Origin: TPA_inf: Saccharomyces
Taxonomy: Eukaryota
Assembly: GCA_000146045.2 (NCBI GenBank)
Contig: BK006938.2
Span: 352,001-416,000, forward strand
Direction: 5' to 3'
DNA: 64,000 nt
Both the position numbers and the translations under genes were made by a program. Each line of letters opens with the position of its first letter. Within the stretch, counting starts at the first letter, position 1. Under the pieces are notes generated by a model, which worked only from the letters and a program-made list of their open reading frames with translations, ran no database searches and was not told the origin of the DNA. Shown in pieces: positions 1-10,671 of the stretch.

Positions 1-420
1 AGATATGATGGGAGAGGACTTATTGAACGCTGCACACGACTGCACCCGCATTGGCAAGCAGAAGGTGGGTTTTGGGCGAATGGTCCACGAAATGGCGAAT
101 ACAAAGACTTTTGGATACCATTAAGTGAGACTTATAGTATCGCTGGCGTTTGCGTTCCGGAATTTGCCACGATACCACAAACTTGTTCAGTAATGTCCTG
201 CTATGGCATGTGTGATCACATAGTGCCAATTAGCGCAGCCTCAAATTATGCAAGGCTTTTCGAGGGCAGACATTCATTGAAACTTATTGAAAATGCGGAC
301 CACAATTATTATGGCATTGAAGGTGATCCCAACGCGCTAGGCTTACCGATAAGGAGGGGTAGAGTCAACTACTCACCACTAGTAGTTGATCTAATTATGG
401 AATACCTGCAAGATACATAG
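1..420 (+). CDS. 3' end of an upstream gene (alpha/beta-hydrolase-like; consistent with YDL057W). The frame is open from window position 1 to the TAG at 418-420.
   Basis: Frame 1 has no stop from nt 1 to 420. The C-terminal peptide ...LIENADHNYYGIEGDP... resembles the His-containing end of alpha/beta hydrolases. Its position is immediately upstream of MBP1. Confidence 0.45.
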   Translation, partial: RYDGRGLIERCTRLHPHWQAEGGFWANGPRNGEYKDFWIPLSETYSIAGVCVPEFATIPQTCSVMSCYGMCDHIVPISAASNYARLFEGRHSLKLIENADHNYYGIEGDPNALGLPIRRGRVNYSPLVVDLIMEYLQDT

Positions 421-876
421 ACCATACAACTACATATTAATCTAAGATAAGTCTTGTGCTGAGTTTGGTCACTTTGCGGGATCACCCGCATAAAGTCGTC
501 GGCATTGCAGTTTAAGATCAAATAGAGGCAATACTACGCTGTGAGACGATATTTCTGATCGTGATTAAACTGGTATTCCACATGTTCAGCATCCATTAGC
601 CGTTAGAGATAATTCATTTACGTTCCTTTTTTCTCTTGCGCTTGAGATTGTTAGATTGTTAAATTACTACTGCTTTGTTTTTCCATCCGATTAGTATAAT
701 CAACAGATGAAAAAATGAAAAAAAGAAAACAAAATCAACATAACTTGCACAAGATTGAGCCATCGGAAAATAAAGCCCATTGTAATTCATATAACTAAAC
801 ATCATATCAAGTGCGATTGGTCTGCAAAATCGTGCTTAACATTCCGAGACACAACGTAAATCCCAGAAACACAAGC

Positions 877-3378
877 ATGTCTAACCAAATATACTCAGCG
901 AGATATTCGGGGGTTGATGTTTATGAATTCATTCATTCTACAGGATCTATCATGAAAAGGAAAAAGGATGATTGGGTCAATGCTACACATATTTTAAAGG
1001 CCGCCAATTTTGCCAAGGCTAAAAGAACAAGGATTCTAGAGAAGGAAGTACTTAAGGAAACTCATGAAAAAGTTCAGGGTGGATTTGGTAAATATCAGGG
1101 TACATGGGTCCCACTGAACATAGCGAAACAACTGGCAGAAAAATTTAGTGTCTACGATCAGCTGAAACCGTTGTTCGACTTTACGCAAACAGATGGGTCT
1201 GCTTCTCCACCTCCTGCTCCAAAACATCACCATGCCTCGAAGGTGGATAGGAAAAAGGCTATTAGAAGTGCAAGTACTTCCGCAATTATGGAAACAAAAA
1301 GAAACAACAAGAAAGCCGAGGAAAATCAATTTCAAAGCAGCAAAATATTGGGAAATCCCACGGCTGCACCAAGGAAAAGAGGTAGACCGGTAGGATCTAC
1401 GAGGGGAAGTAGGCGGAAGTTAGGTGTCAATTTACAACGTTCTCAAAGTGATATGGGATTTCCTAGACCGGCGATACCGAATTCTTCAATATCGACAACG
1501 CAACTTCCCTCTATTAGATCCACCATGGGACCACAATCCCCTACATTGGGTATTCTGGAAGAAGAAAGGCACGATTCTCGACAGCAGCAGCCGCAACAAA
1601 ATAATTCTGCACAGTTCAAAGAAATTGATCTTGAGGACGGCTTATCAAGCGATGTGGAACCTTCACAACAATTACAACAAGTTTTTAATCAAAATACTGG
1701 ATTTGTACCCCAACAACAATCTTCCTTGATACAGACACAGCAAACAGAATCAATGGCCACGTCCGTATCTTCCTCTCCTTCATTACCTACGTCACCGGGC
1801 GATTTTGCCGATAGTAATCCATTTGAAGAGCGATTTCCCGGTGGTGGAACATCTCCTATTATTTCCATGATCCCGCGTTATCCTGTAACTTCAAGGCCTC
1901 AAACATCGGATATTAATGATAAAGTTAACAAATACCTTTCAAAATTGGTTGATTATTTTATTTCCAATGAAATGAAGTCAAATAAGTCCCTACCACAAGT
2001 GTTATTGCACCCACCTCCACACAGCGCTCCCTATATAGATGCTCCAATCGATCCAGAATTACATACTGCCTTCCATTGGGCTTGTTCTATGGGTAATTTA
2101 CCAATTGCTGAGGCGTTGTACGAAGCCGGAACAAGTATCAGATCGACAAATTCTCAAGGCCAAACTCCATTGATGAGAAGTTCCTTATTCCACAATTCAT
2201 ACACTAGAAGAACTTTCCCTAGAATTTTCCAGCTACTGCACGAGACCGTATTTGATATCGATTCGCAATCACAAACAGTAATTCACCATATTGTGAAACG
2301 AAAATCAACAACACCTTCTGCAGTTTATTATCTTGATGTTGTGCTATCTAAGATCAAGGATTTTTCCCCACAGTATAGAATTGAATTACTTTTAAACACA
2401 CAAGACAAAAATGGCGATACCGCACTTCATATTGCTTCTAAAAATGGAGATGTTGTTTTTTTTAATACACTGGTCAAAATGGGTGCATTAACTACTATTT
2501 CCAATAAGGAAGGATTAACCGCCAATGAAATAATGAATCAACAATATGAGCAAATGATGATACAAAATGGTACAAATCAACATGTCAATTCTTCAAACAC
2601 GGACTTGAATATCCACGTTAATACAAACAACATTGAAACGAAAAATGATGTTAATTCAATGGTAATCATGTCGCCTGTTTCTCCTTCGGATTACATAACC
2701 TATCCATCTCAAATTGCCACCAATATATCAAGAAATATTCCAAATGTAGTGAATTCTATGAAGCAAATGGCTAGCATATACAACGATCTTCATGAACAGC
2801 ATGACAACGAAATAAAAAGTTTGCAAAAAACTTTAAAAAGCATTTCTAAGACGAAAATACAGGTAAGCCTAAAAACTTTAGAGGTATTGAAAGAGAGCAG
2901 TAAAGATGAAAACGGCGAAGCTCAGACTAATGATGACTTCGAAATTTTATCTCGTCTACAAGAACAAAATACTAAGAAATTGAGAAAAAGGCTCATACGA
3001 TACAAACGGTTGATAAAACAAAAGCTGGAATACAGGCAAACGGTTTTATTGAACAAATTAATAGAAGATGAAACTCAGGCTACCACCAATAACACAGTTG
3101 AGAAAGATAATAATACGCTGGAAAGGTTGGAATTGGCTCAAGAACTAACGATGTTGCAATTACAAAGGAAAAACAAATTGAGTTCCTTGGTGAAGAAATT
3201 TGAAGACAATGCCAAGATTCATAAATATAGACGGATTATCAGGGAAGGTACGGAAATGAATATTGAAGAAGTAGATAGTTCGCTGGATGTAATACTACAG
3301 ACATTGATAGCCAACAATAATAAAAATAAGGGCGCAGAACAGATCATCACAATCTCAAACGCGAATAGTCATGCATAA
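877..3378 (+). CDS. MBP1: MBP1, the MBF transcription factor subunit. It has an N-terminal APSES (KilA-N) DNA-binding domain and central ankyrin repeats. 833 aa from the first ATG.
   Basis: The protein starts MSNQIYSARYSGVDVYEFIHSTGSIMKRKKDDWVNATHILKAANFAKAKRTRILEKEV, the canonical Mbp1/Swi4 APSES domain. The track ORF begins at a GTG at 811; the first ATG is at 877. Confidence 0.93.
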   Translation: MSNQIYSARYSGVDVYEFIHSTGSIMKRKKDDWVNATHILKAANFAKAKRTRILEKEVLKETHEKVQGGFGKYQGTWVPLNIAKQLAEKFSVYDQLKPLFDFTQTDGSASPPPAPKHHHASKVDRKKAIRSASTSAIMETKRNNKKAEENQFQSSKILGNPTAAPRKRGRPVGSTRGSRRKLGVNLQRSQSDMGFPRPAIPNSSISTTQLPSIRSTMGPQSPTLGILEEERHDSRQQQPQQNNSAQFKEIDLEDGLSSDVEPSQQLQQVFNQNTGFVPQQQSSLIQTQQTESMATSVSSSPSLPTSPGDFADSNPFEERFPGGGTSPIISMIPRYPVTSRPQTSDINDKVNKYLSKLVDYFISNEMKSNKSLPQVLLHPPPHSAPYIDAPIDPELHTAFHWACSMGNLPIAEALYEAGTSIRSTNSQGQTPLMRSSLFHNSYTRRTFPRIFQLLHETVFDIDSQSQTVIHHIVKRKSTTPSAVYYLDVVLSKIKDFSPQYRIELLLNTQDKNGDTALHIASKNGDVVFFNTLVKMGALTTISNKEGLTANEIMNQQYEQMMIQNGTNQHVNSSNTDLNIHVNTNNIETKNDVNSMVIMSPVSPSDYITYPSQIATNISRNIPNVVNSMKQMASIYNDLHEQHDNEIKSLQKTLKSISKTKIQVSLKTLEVLKESSKDENGEAQTNDDFEILSRLQEQNTKKLRKRLIRYKRLIKQKLEYRQTVLLNKLIEDETQATTNNTVEKDNNTLERLELAQELTMLQLQRKNKLSSLVKKFEDNAKIHKYRRIIREGTEMNIEEVDSSLDVILQTLIANNNKNKGAEQIITISNANSHA

Positions 3379-3673
3379 AATATACATAAATAGAGGAACT
3401 TTACATGTATCCATATACTGAAAAATAGATAAAACAATGAGATAATATTTATTAACTTCTACGTAAATAAAAAGTTACATAAGGATCAACCTTTTTTTCT
3501 TTATTTTCTTTTTTTTTTTTATTTTTCATTTTCAATTACAAACTAAGACATAACAGTAAGCAGTGCTTTTTCTGTGCATGTTTTCCTCTTTTTATAATGA
3601 TATTGGCTAAAATAAAATTAACAAAAACAGATGAGTGATATAGATTATATTCATTACAGTTCGTTTTCCTAAC

Positions 3674-4759
3674 TCACATAATAATAGCTTCCTTTGGAAC
3701 ATTATCGGAGATAGACTTATGAGGTAAGACTTTACCACCGTTGATGTAGATTTCGTCCTTAACTTCAACGTCGTCACCCAAGACAGTGACACCTTCCAAA
3801 CGACACCATTGACCAACGGTAGAGTTCCAGCCTACGATGGTAGATTTGACCAAGGAGTGGTTCTTGATGGTGGAGTTGCACAAAACAACAGATCTGGTGA
3901 TTCTAACACCATCACCGATGGTGACATTAGGACCGATAACCACGTCTGGGCCAATCTTAGCAGTGGAGGAAATCTTAGCGGTTGGGTCGATCAAGGCATT
4001 ACCAACAATGTTGGCACCTGTAGCCAATTTTTTTGGTTGTCTCTTGGCCAAAGAGTTCAAGTAAAGAACGGTACCAGACAAGAAGTCCTTTGGTTGACCA
4101 ACATCCATCCAGAAACCTTCCAAATCGAAGGAATATAGTTGTTTTTCTTCGACCAAGATTGGGAAAGTTTCCTTTTCAATTGAAGTTGGCTTCATTTCAA
4201 TCAAGTCAATGACTTCTGGGTTTAAAATGTACAAACCGGCGTTAATTCTGTTACCAACAAATTCCTTTGGCTTTTCAACAAATCTGTCAATCAAGTTTGG
4301 AGTAGCTATATCATGGACAATGACACCGTATTTAGAAGGTTCGTCGACCTTGGTAGCAACAATGGTACCTTTACCACCGTGAGCTTTGTGGAAGTCAGCC
4401 AATTCCTTGAATGGATATTCGCAAATGACGTCGGAGTTTAGGACGAAAAATGGAGAGTTGTCCTTCTTCAAAACATCTTCAGCCAATTTCAATGGACCTG
4501 CAGTACCTAATGGTTCAGTTTCTACAGAGAAAGTGATGTTAACACCATATTCCTTTTCGTACTTCTTCAAAGTTTCCACCATGACTTCTGGTCTGTAATT
4601 AACAGCAAGAACGATGTCAGTAACACCAGCGTTGGCTAAAGCCTCGATTTGGTGTAAAATCATTGGTCTATTACCGAATTCAACCAGTGGCTTTGGAACG
4701 GTCAAAGTTAAAGGTCTCAATCTGGTACCGTAACCACCGACTAAAATTAAACCTTTCAT
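3674..4759 (-). CDS. PSA1: PSA1/VIG9, GDP-mannose pyrophosphorylase (mannose-1-phosphate guanylyltransferase), 361 aa.
   Basis: [42 protein letters not shown]... is a nucleotidyltransferase fold followed by a C-terminal left-handed beta-helix hexapeptide repeat. The ATG (cat on the + strand) is at 4757-4759. Confidence 0.93.
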   Translation of the reverse strand: MKGLILVGGYGTRLRPLTLTVPKPLVEFGNRPMILHQIEALANAGVTDIVLAVNYRPEVMVETLKKYEKEYGVNITFSVETEPLGTAGPLKLAEDVLKKDNSPFFVLNSDVICEYPFKELADFHKAHGGKGTIVATKVDEPSKYGVIVHDIATPNLIDRFVEKPKEFVGNRINAGLYILNPEVIDLIEMKPTSIEKETFPILVEEKQLYSFDLEGFWMDVGQPKDFLSGTVLYLNSLAKRQPKKLATGANIVGNALIDPTAKISSTAKIGPDVVIGPNVTIGDGVRITRSVVLCNSTIKNHSLVKSTIVGWNSTVGQWCRLEGVTVLGDDVEVKDEIYINGGKVLPHKSISDNVPKEAIIM

Positions 4760-7576
4760 TTTTCAATTATATATGTTTTATTTGTTGAAGTTGTAGCTTG
4801 TCTTGTGCTGATAATATTTTGTTTGTATAGTCAACAAAATATTTGGACAGAAGAAAAGAGTTAGCGAATGTAAAGTAGTTTGCACACTTGATGAACGTTA
4901 TCAAAGTCAAAGAGGTGAGAACAAGATAGACAAAGAAAAAAAAAATACAGTTTTGGAGAAAAGAAAACAAGACTATGTGAAACTTCTAACAATGACGTGA
5001 AAAGTCTACTATATATATGTTTACAAGAGCGCCACGAGGCAAGGAAAAAAAGAAAACAAAGCGAGAAACCACCAGCTTACTTTACTACCGGTCAGCTGTG
5101 GTTCTGTGTCTGTTCGTCTGTTTGTTTGTTTGTTTGTTTATTGCTGCGCTGTTCATGCTGAAAAACGACAAAAACAAAGAAAAAAAAGTTTTTCAGAGAT
5201 TGAGATAAAAATAAACGTGGTGGCTCCCGAGGCATTTCTAGCTGGCCAGCAAGTACACGGTGGCCGTTTCTTTTGGCGTTTTTTTTTTCTGTTTTCGCGT
5301 TCTTCATGCTGTGCGTTGCTGGTGAGGTGGCGTGGACGGTTTGGTTTAGGCAATGATAGAAAAAGCTATAGTCAGAGTTGCAGGAAAGGACGAAAGTAGT
5401 CCATTTGGTGCCGTTATCCAAGGGTCTTGCTCTTAGTCTTGCTTTTCACCCAGCACGCGGTAAGAAGGATCGGGTGCAGCATGAAGAATGCTGACTGTAC
5501 GCGTTTCGATTTGAAGCTTTAGGATGTTCTGTGGGTTGGGTTGGCTCGATCGACAGTGCGTATAGTGACCTTTGAACTGTACCGGGTGGCACGTCGTGCA
5601 CAGAATCAGAAGTAGTTATAAAAGATTTGTAATTGCGTATATGCAACCAAGTTTAGGCTTTCTCCGTGCCGTTTTTTAAGGTGAAATGTACTCCTCTTGA
5701 AAATGTAAAAAAATGGAGCCTCGCAGAGCAGCTTGCCAAGCAGGTTGATACAAGGTGAGCCGCCGAAACATAACGATAAACGTGGTATAGTTTTCGATTG
5801 CCTTTAGTTTGGGTGGTCTCAGTGCTGGCACCTGACGAACTATTCGTAGGCAGGAGAACTTGCATCATGTGGTGTTCTTCCGAGATAGGGATGCCGTTTG
5901 GTCCTTACGAAAGTCAATGTTCTGGTACTACTAATTATTAACATAGTTCGTTGTATACACACTCTTTACTTTCATAAGAAATAAAAAGCACGTCTAAGAA
6001 ATCTCTACGTCTTGGCTGCGGCAAGCAACTGCATAGAAAGCACATAGTAGTAACTCTAAAATGCGAGCTTCATACAGACAATTACATAAATGCAACATAG
6101 GCAGCATGGGATCCTGGGTTTCATATCGTCAAAGAAAGCCACCAACTGGCTTTACCATAAAAATACGAAAAGAAGTGCACACATTCTTCTTTTTGGCTCA
6201 TCACAAGTTCTTCAATTTACTGTCATTACTTTTGTTTCCTTGTCAGATAATGTATGGGTGGTGTGTACACCAAGGTATTTTTTTTTTTACTTGGCAGATC
6301 TGCAATGCATAATAGAATGGTAAGGGAACGAGTAACAGACGGGAAGCGAATGCGAACACAAAGAATATAAATTTGAAATCTCCTGTTGCAAAGGATTCTC
6401 TAGACATTTACTATCTCAGTGACAATTCTCGAGTGAAACAAGAAATTGAGATGGTAGGTCAGCGCCCATACTTCTTGAATCAATTGGAGGAGCGGATAAA
6501 GCAAGTTTCCCCCCTCAATGTAAATCATCTTAAGCAAAATTTTAAAATCTAGGCACATATAAAGAGAAAATGGGAATGATTTTGCTGGATAGGCTACAGT
6601 GTTAGGAATGCAGAATTAGGAACTATAGATGATGCGATTAAAGATATTAAACGAGAAGTGACAGTGGTGGCTTCGACAACGGCAGTCGTGCTCGGTCGAC
6701 AACGTGTATGTTTTTGCCGAGCAGAGCAGGGAAAGTCCTTCTTTCTGCGCGTGAATCAAAACACATTGGTATCGAATTTAACATATCTGGGTGAGGAATG
6801 GACAATCCTAATAAAGTACTGGAGGTTTGTCTGTATTTCCAAGTTCTTGCTTGTAGAAACTGCTTTCTTTTCTCTTTTCCTGCAGCGGTCGAACATATGT
6901 GATTATTGATTAGCCATTTGTTCCAAGTCATATAGTAGTATTACGTGTTCAGATGCGGTGTTAGCGTATCTTTTTGTTAAATAAAATATCATTGTGCCGT
7001 TGCCGCCCTACCTGCCAAGGGTCAAAGAAGGCACCTTTATACGATGCCACCTTTTTATAGTATTCTACTACAGAGTCATCGTTCACCAGTTACTGTTCAT
7101 TCTACTAAATTAGTATGGCGTGTTGCATAGAAGGAAGCATGAATTACAAGATCAGTAGAACAAAAAGTTCAACTGTTTGGAATTTAGTTGAACATGTGAC
7201 GAAAGCTCTGCTACTAAGACAGGGGCAAAAAATAACAATATGTAAGCATAAGAAATGGGTCAATGTTGGGATACTTGGTGAATTCCGTTCTTTTTAGAAG
7301 CGGATTTTCTTATTCGTTTATATGTTGCCATTCATTACCCTATCATATTATGAATCTTCACATTTTATTTTCCATAAGATCTGATGACTGTTTCCCAATC
7401 ACCTTACATCATATATGATAATGTACAATTGATATGAAGAATAGCAGTCGATGGATGATATTTTATTCTTATTATCAACATGTACAAAGTGTTGGAACGG
7501 TAAAGACCAGTGCAAATCTGATAAAACTTTAAAATAACATGGACAAATTTATGTCCAGGATTCTCCGAAGAACTCA

Positions 7577-7672
7577 TCCTTGTTAGCTCAGTTGGTAGAG
7601 CGTTCGGCTTTTAAGCGCATTTGCTTAAGCAAGGATACCGAAATGTCAGGGGTTCGAGCCCCCTATGAGGAG
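7577..7672 (+). tRNA. tK(UUU): tRNA-Lys(UUU) carrying a 23-nt intron directly 3' of the anticodon (tK(UUU)-type).
   Basis: TCCTTGTTAGCTCAGTTGGTAGAGCGTTCGGCTTTTAA-[gcgcatttgcttaagcaaggata]-CCGAAATGTCAGGGGTTCGAGCCCCCTATGAGGAG. It has an A box (TAGCTCAGTTGG) and a B box (GGTTCGAGCCC). The intron pairs with the anticodon loop as in yeast tK(UUU) genes. Confidence 0.9.
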
Positions 7673-7679
7673 TTCTTTC

Positions 7680-7686
7680 TTTTTTT
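7680..7686 (+). terminator. Pol III terminator T-run (T7) a few nt downstream of tRNA-Lys.
   Basis: tttctTTTTTTTctc lies right after the tRNA 3' end. Confidence 0.5.
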
Positions 7687-7824
7687 CTCTCAATTTTTAA
7701 CCGGTACCTTTAAAAGGGTATCAAAAACAATAGCATAGCATAAAAGAAATAAGTGCAATTTATTGGTGTCATTTATATAAGCTATGAATTTTAAAAAAAA
7801 TAAATGTAGCAGTTTCTTTTTTGT

Positions 7825-9285
7825 TTAAATTCTGAGTTTTCTACTTTTTAATTTCCAAAATACTACAGCTGAAAGAACAGCGGATACAACGAATGCGATA
7901 CTGCTGTACTTGTAGACAGCCGAAATACAGGACGGATTTCGCAGATCTCCTCCGCCACTCATACAGCGAGAATCGTAAAATTTGGCATACAACATGCAAA
8001 ATATCATAGAACCTATAGCAGGTGCAATTAGTAAGCTACCGTAAACAGTCCCGAATGAGCGTTCGCCCCATACTAACAGGACCAGCGTCGGATAAACAGT
8101 GAAAAGTCCACCGTATACAATTCCAACCAATGATCCTGTAGGTACTAGCCCCCAGGGTGACGCTGAAGAGGTCATTTTCAATAAAAACAGTTGTGCACAT
8201 ACCCCTAATGAAAGGAAAGTCAACAGGATCCATTTAATTGATATTTTTTTCTTGGCGAAGAAGTCTGCCACTATGCCTGTGAGCAATCTCGTAAAAGTGG
8301 AAGATAGCGCGTATGTGGATAACAACTTTGTAGATAAGGTTGGCGCATCTAATTGGACTAGCAGGTTAGTCAGTGATCCCATATTGGCAATAAACATCTC
8401 GAGGGGCCCAAGTGATAACAAAATTGATACCGCTAGGATATATGTCACAGGATCACTAAAGATCCTTAGCATCGTCTGCGTAAACTTTTCTTGAACATGA
8501 TTACTTCGTTCTAACAGCGGTGATTGTTCCACATCAGTTTGATCATCCAGCCGTTTTTGGTTGTCTTGCTCTTCATTAAAATGCAAAAGTGATACCACGC
8601 TGGTGGCTATCCATGCAAGTAGCCCAATAACGACATAAACGAGGGCAAATGTTTGGAATACTCTTCCCAGGTTTAAGTCACTATTGGACGAGGAAGAACT
8701 TGCGTTAGAGGACCAGAACCATTTGATTCTTAGCAGTTGAGAACCGACTACAGAAGAAATACCATAACATGTCGTTGGTAAGCTAATGGATAGTAGTTTT
8801 GTATGAGGATATAGCTTAGTGCATGTCAGTAAAGCGCTAAAGTATAAAGCGCTTGTTGATATACCTATGAAAACGAAACAAATGATGGATAGATTGAATG
8901 ATGAGTCACCATTTCCTCCGAGAGATAACTCCGGATGATTAAAAACGTAAGCCAGATATGAATAGCTAGGTATGAACCCTATGATGGCTAAAAGACTTAA
9001 AGTAATGGGGCCATGAGAATCAGCGATCATCCCCAAGATTGGTGGCGTCAAGTACATCCCCAAATTAGTCATACTAGCGATGGTGTTGATTTGCCATGAG
9101 GAATAATTTAAATGTTTCTGCCACGGTTGAGAGTAAAGAGATATCAAAGTAATGAAGCCAGTTGACACCGCAGATAATAGCGAAAAGATGTATGCAACAC
9201 GATGTGATGACTGAAGAGACAAAACATGGGGTAAGAGTAAGCGCGTATGGTATGAAAGGTAGTGCTCCACCTTTGATAGAGGCAT
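7825..9285 (-). CDS. MCH1: MCH1, a major-facilitator-superfamily transporter (monocarboxylate-transporter homologue), about 486 aa from the first ATG.
   Basis: A 12-TM-like hydrophobic protein MPLSKVEHYLSYHTRLLLPHVLSLQSSHRVAYIFSLLSAV... The track ORF starts at a GTG at 9294; the first ATG is at 9283-9285. Confidence 0.82.
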   Translation of the reverse strand: MPLSKVEHYLSYHTRLLLPHVLSLQSSHRVAYIFSLLSAVSTGFITLISLYSQPWQKHLNYSSWQINTIASMTNLGMYLTPPILGMIADSHGPITLSLLAIIGFIPSYSYLAYVFNHPELSLGGNGDSSFNLSIICFVFIGISTSALYFSALLTCTKLYPHTKLLSISLPTTCYGISSVVGSQLLRIKWFWSSNASSSSSNSDLNLGRVFQTFALVYVVIGLLAWIATSVVSLLHFNEEQDNQKRLDDQTDVEQSPLLERSNHVQEKFTQTMLRIFSDPVTYILAVSILLSLGPLEMFIANMGSLTNLLVQLDAPTLSTKLLSTYALSSTFTRLLTGIVADFFAKKKISIKWILLTFLSLGVCAQLFLLKMTSSASPWGLVPTGSLVGIVYGGLFTVYPTLVLLVWGERSFGTVYGSLLIAPAIGSMIFCMLYAKFYDSRCMSGGGDLRNPSCISAVYKYSSIAFVVSAVLSAVVFWKLKSRKLRI

Positions 9286-9698
9286 GATTTGCACTTGGAA
9301 AATGGTTATTGCTATAAAATGATATGAAAGGAAACTAGTCTCGATGAAACGTTAGAAGTTGCTGTCTGAGTAGCGGTCTCTGTTATCTTGTATTTACACT
9401 GTATAATAGTTTTTCTTGTAGGGCAAAAAGAAAGGTACTAATTTCCGAACGATGCGAAAAGCCGCTAGCATCGGAAAGGCTAAGTGAACTATGCAATAAA
9501 GACTAAGAGAAAAAGCAAAGAAAGGCGTCTTAACACAGTATACATTTTTCGACATTATGAATTATAAAATTTTTATTTACGCTTGTAAAATAATATTTTC
9601 ATTTCTTCTATTTTCCTCTTTTCTTCGTTTTCTTGACTTCATACTTCATTTTTTGTTTGACTCCTTTTTGCGTTATGAAACGTGATGCTTCGATATTC

Positions 9699-10256
9699 TC
9701 ATTGGTTTCTTAAAACTTTAGCAATATCGGACAAACAGCCGTATTTTTTATTCTTATTTTTACTGCTTGATACAGTACCCCAGTCAGTGGCTGTTGAAAC
9801 TCTGCCACTTGCCGTTTCTGATAGTACTTGCTTATAAGTTTTCATTGAATGACTTTTTTCACCAGCGGTATAGCTCTGAAATAATTTGTGCATATACGAT
9901 CTAACTTCTTCTCTATTGTAAGGTTGTTTATTCGCTCTTTTAAATTTCTTATTTGTGGATGATCCATTGGCGGTGGAACTACCCTTTATATTAGCAGGCG
10001 GCGCGGTAGATGCGATGGTTTTAGTCTTCGTATTAGCAGGTTGTACAGCCACGGAATCATCTTTTCGTGCCTGCTGTTGCTGTTGCTGTTGCCTTGGAAG
10101 GGCTTTGGCAGCTGCCTGCGCCCAACCTGTTAATTTTGGCTTCTGAGGAAGCACAGCGGGCGTTGGACCATTTGAATTTGGACCTGAAGCAGATAAAGTA
10201 GCCTTCAAAGTCGAGGAGGTTCTGCCATCTACACTGGTTGTTGAGGTTGTTGTCAT
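9699..10256 (-). CDS. PBP4: PBP4, a Pbp1-binding protein: small and low-complexity, with S/T-rich and poly-Q stretches; 185 aa.
   Basis: MTTTSTTSVDGRTSSTLKATLSASGPNSNG...QQQQQQQARK... The length and sequence match my memory of YDL053C. It sits between MCH1 and SLC1. Confidence 0.75.
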   Translation of the reverse strand: MTTTSTTSVDGRTSSTLKATLSASGPNSNGPTPAVLPQKPKLTGWAQAAAKALPRQQQQQQQARKDDSVAVQPANTKTKTIASTAPPANIKGSSTANGSSTNKKFKRANKQPYNREEVRSYMHKLFQSYTAGEKSHSMKTYKQVLSETASGRVSTATDWGTVSSSKNKNKKYGCLSDIAKVLRNQ

Positions 10257-10671
10257 TTCGTACTAGATTAAAGGGAAAATTGTATCGTAAATAAGTAATA
10301 AAGTTAATGAAAATTCGGAAACAAAAATGGATAGATATTAAACAGTGAACAAATGAAAAATTTCAGAAAAAAAGAATTAAAAAAAAAAAGGGAAAAAATA
10401 TGCACAAGATCGTATTATTTGTTGTTCCTCGTATTTTTCTTTCTATTTAGTCTCACATTTTTGACACATGCCTGGTGTTATATATACATTACAATGGAAA
10501 GTTCTTTTCTCTTTCTCCGAATAAAGTAGCGGTCTATTGATCACTTCTTACGCTGGGTATATGAGTCGTAATAAATAAAATCATCAGAATCATTCGTAAG
10601 TCATTTTACTTTTTTAAAAAGATAATTACAGTTTTTGGGTCTATATACTACTCTAAAAATGTGGTGGTGGC

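Noticed and set aside
811-876. Apparent N-terminal extensions of many genes in the ORF track (MBP1 from 811, MCH1, SLC1, STP4, BSC1 to 33710, PRM7 to 32558, SLM3, MPS1, RTK1)
   Set aside because: Checking the nucleotides shows these track ORFs start at GTG/TTG/CTG codons translated as M (for example gtg at 811-813, ttg at 33708-33710, gtg at 32556-32558). Eukaryotic nuclear genes initiate at AUG, so I placed starts at the first in-frame ATG, which also reproduces the remembered protein lengths.
3379-3673. ARS consensus search in the MBP1/PSA1 convergent 3' intergenic region
   Set aside because: It is AT-rich with T-runs (3481-3530), but I found no 10-11/11 match to WTTTAYRTTTW on either strand. 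It is more likely just twin 3'-UTR/terminator sequence.
10070-10090. A (CTG/TTG)7 tract, giving Q7 in PBP4 on the minus strand
   Set aside because: It is real but short and mixed CAG/CAA. It is too small to be notable beyond ordinary low-complexity sequence.
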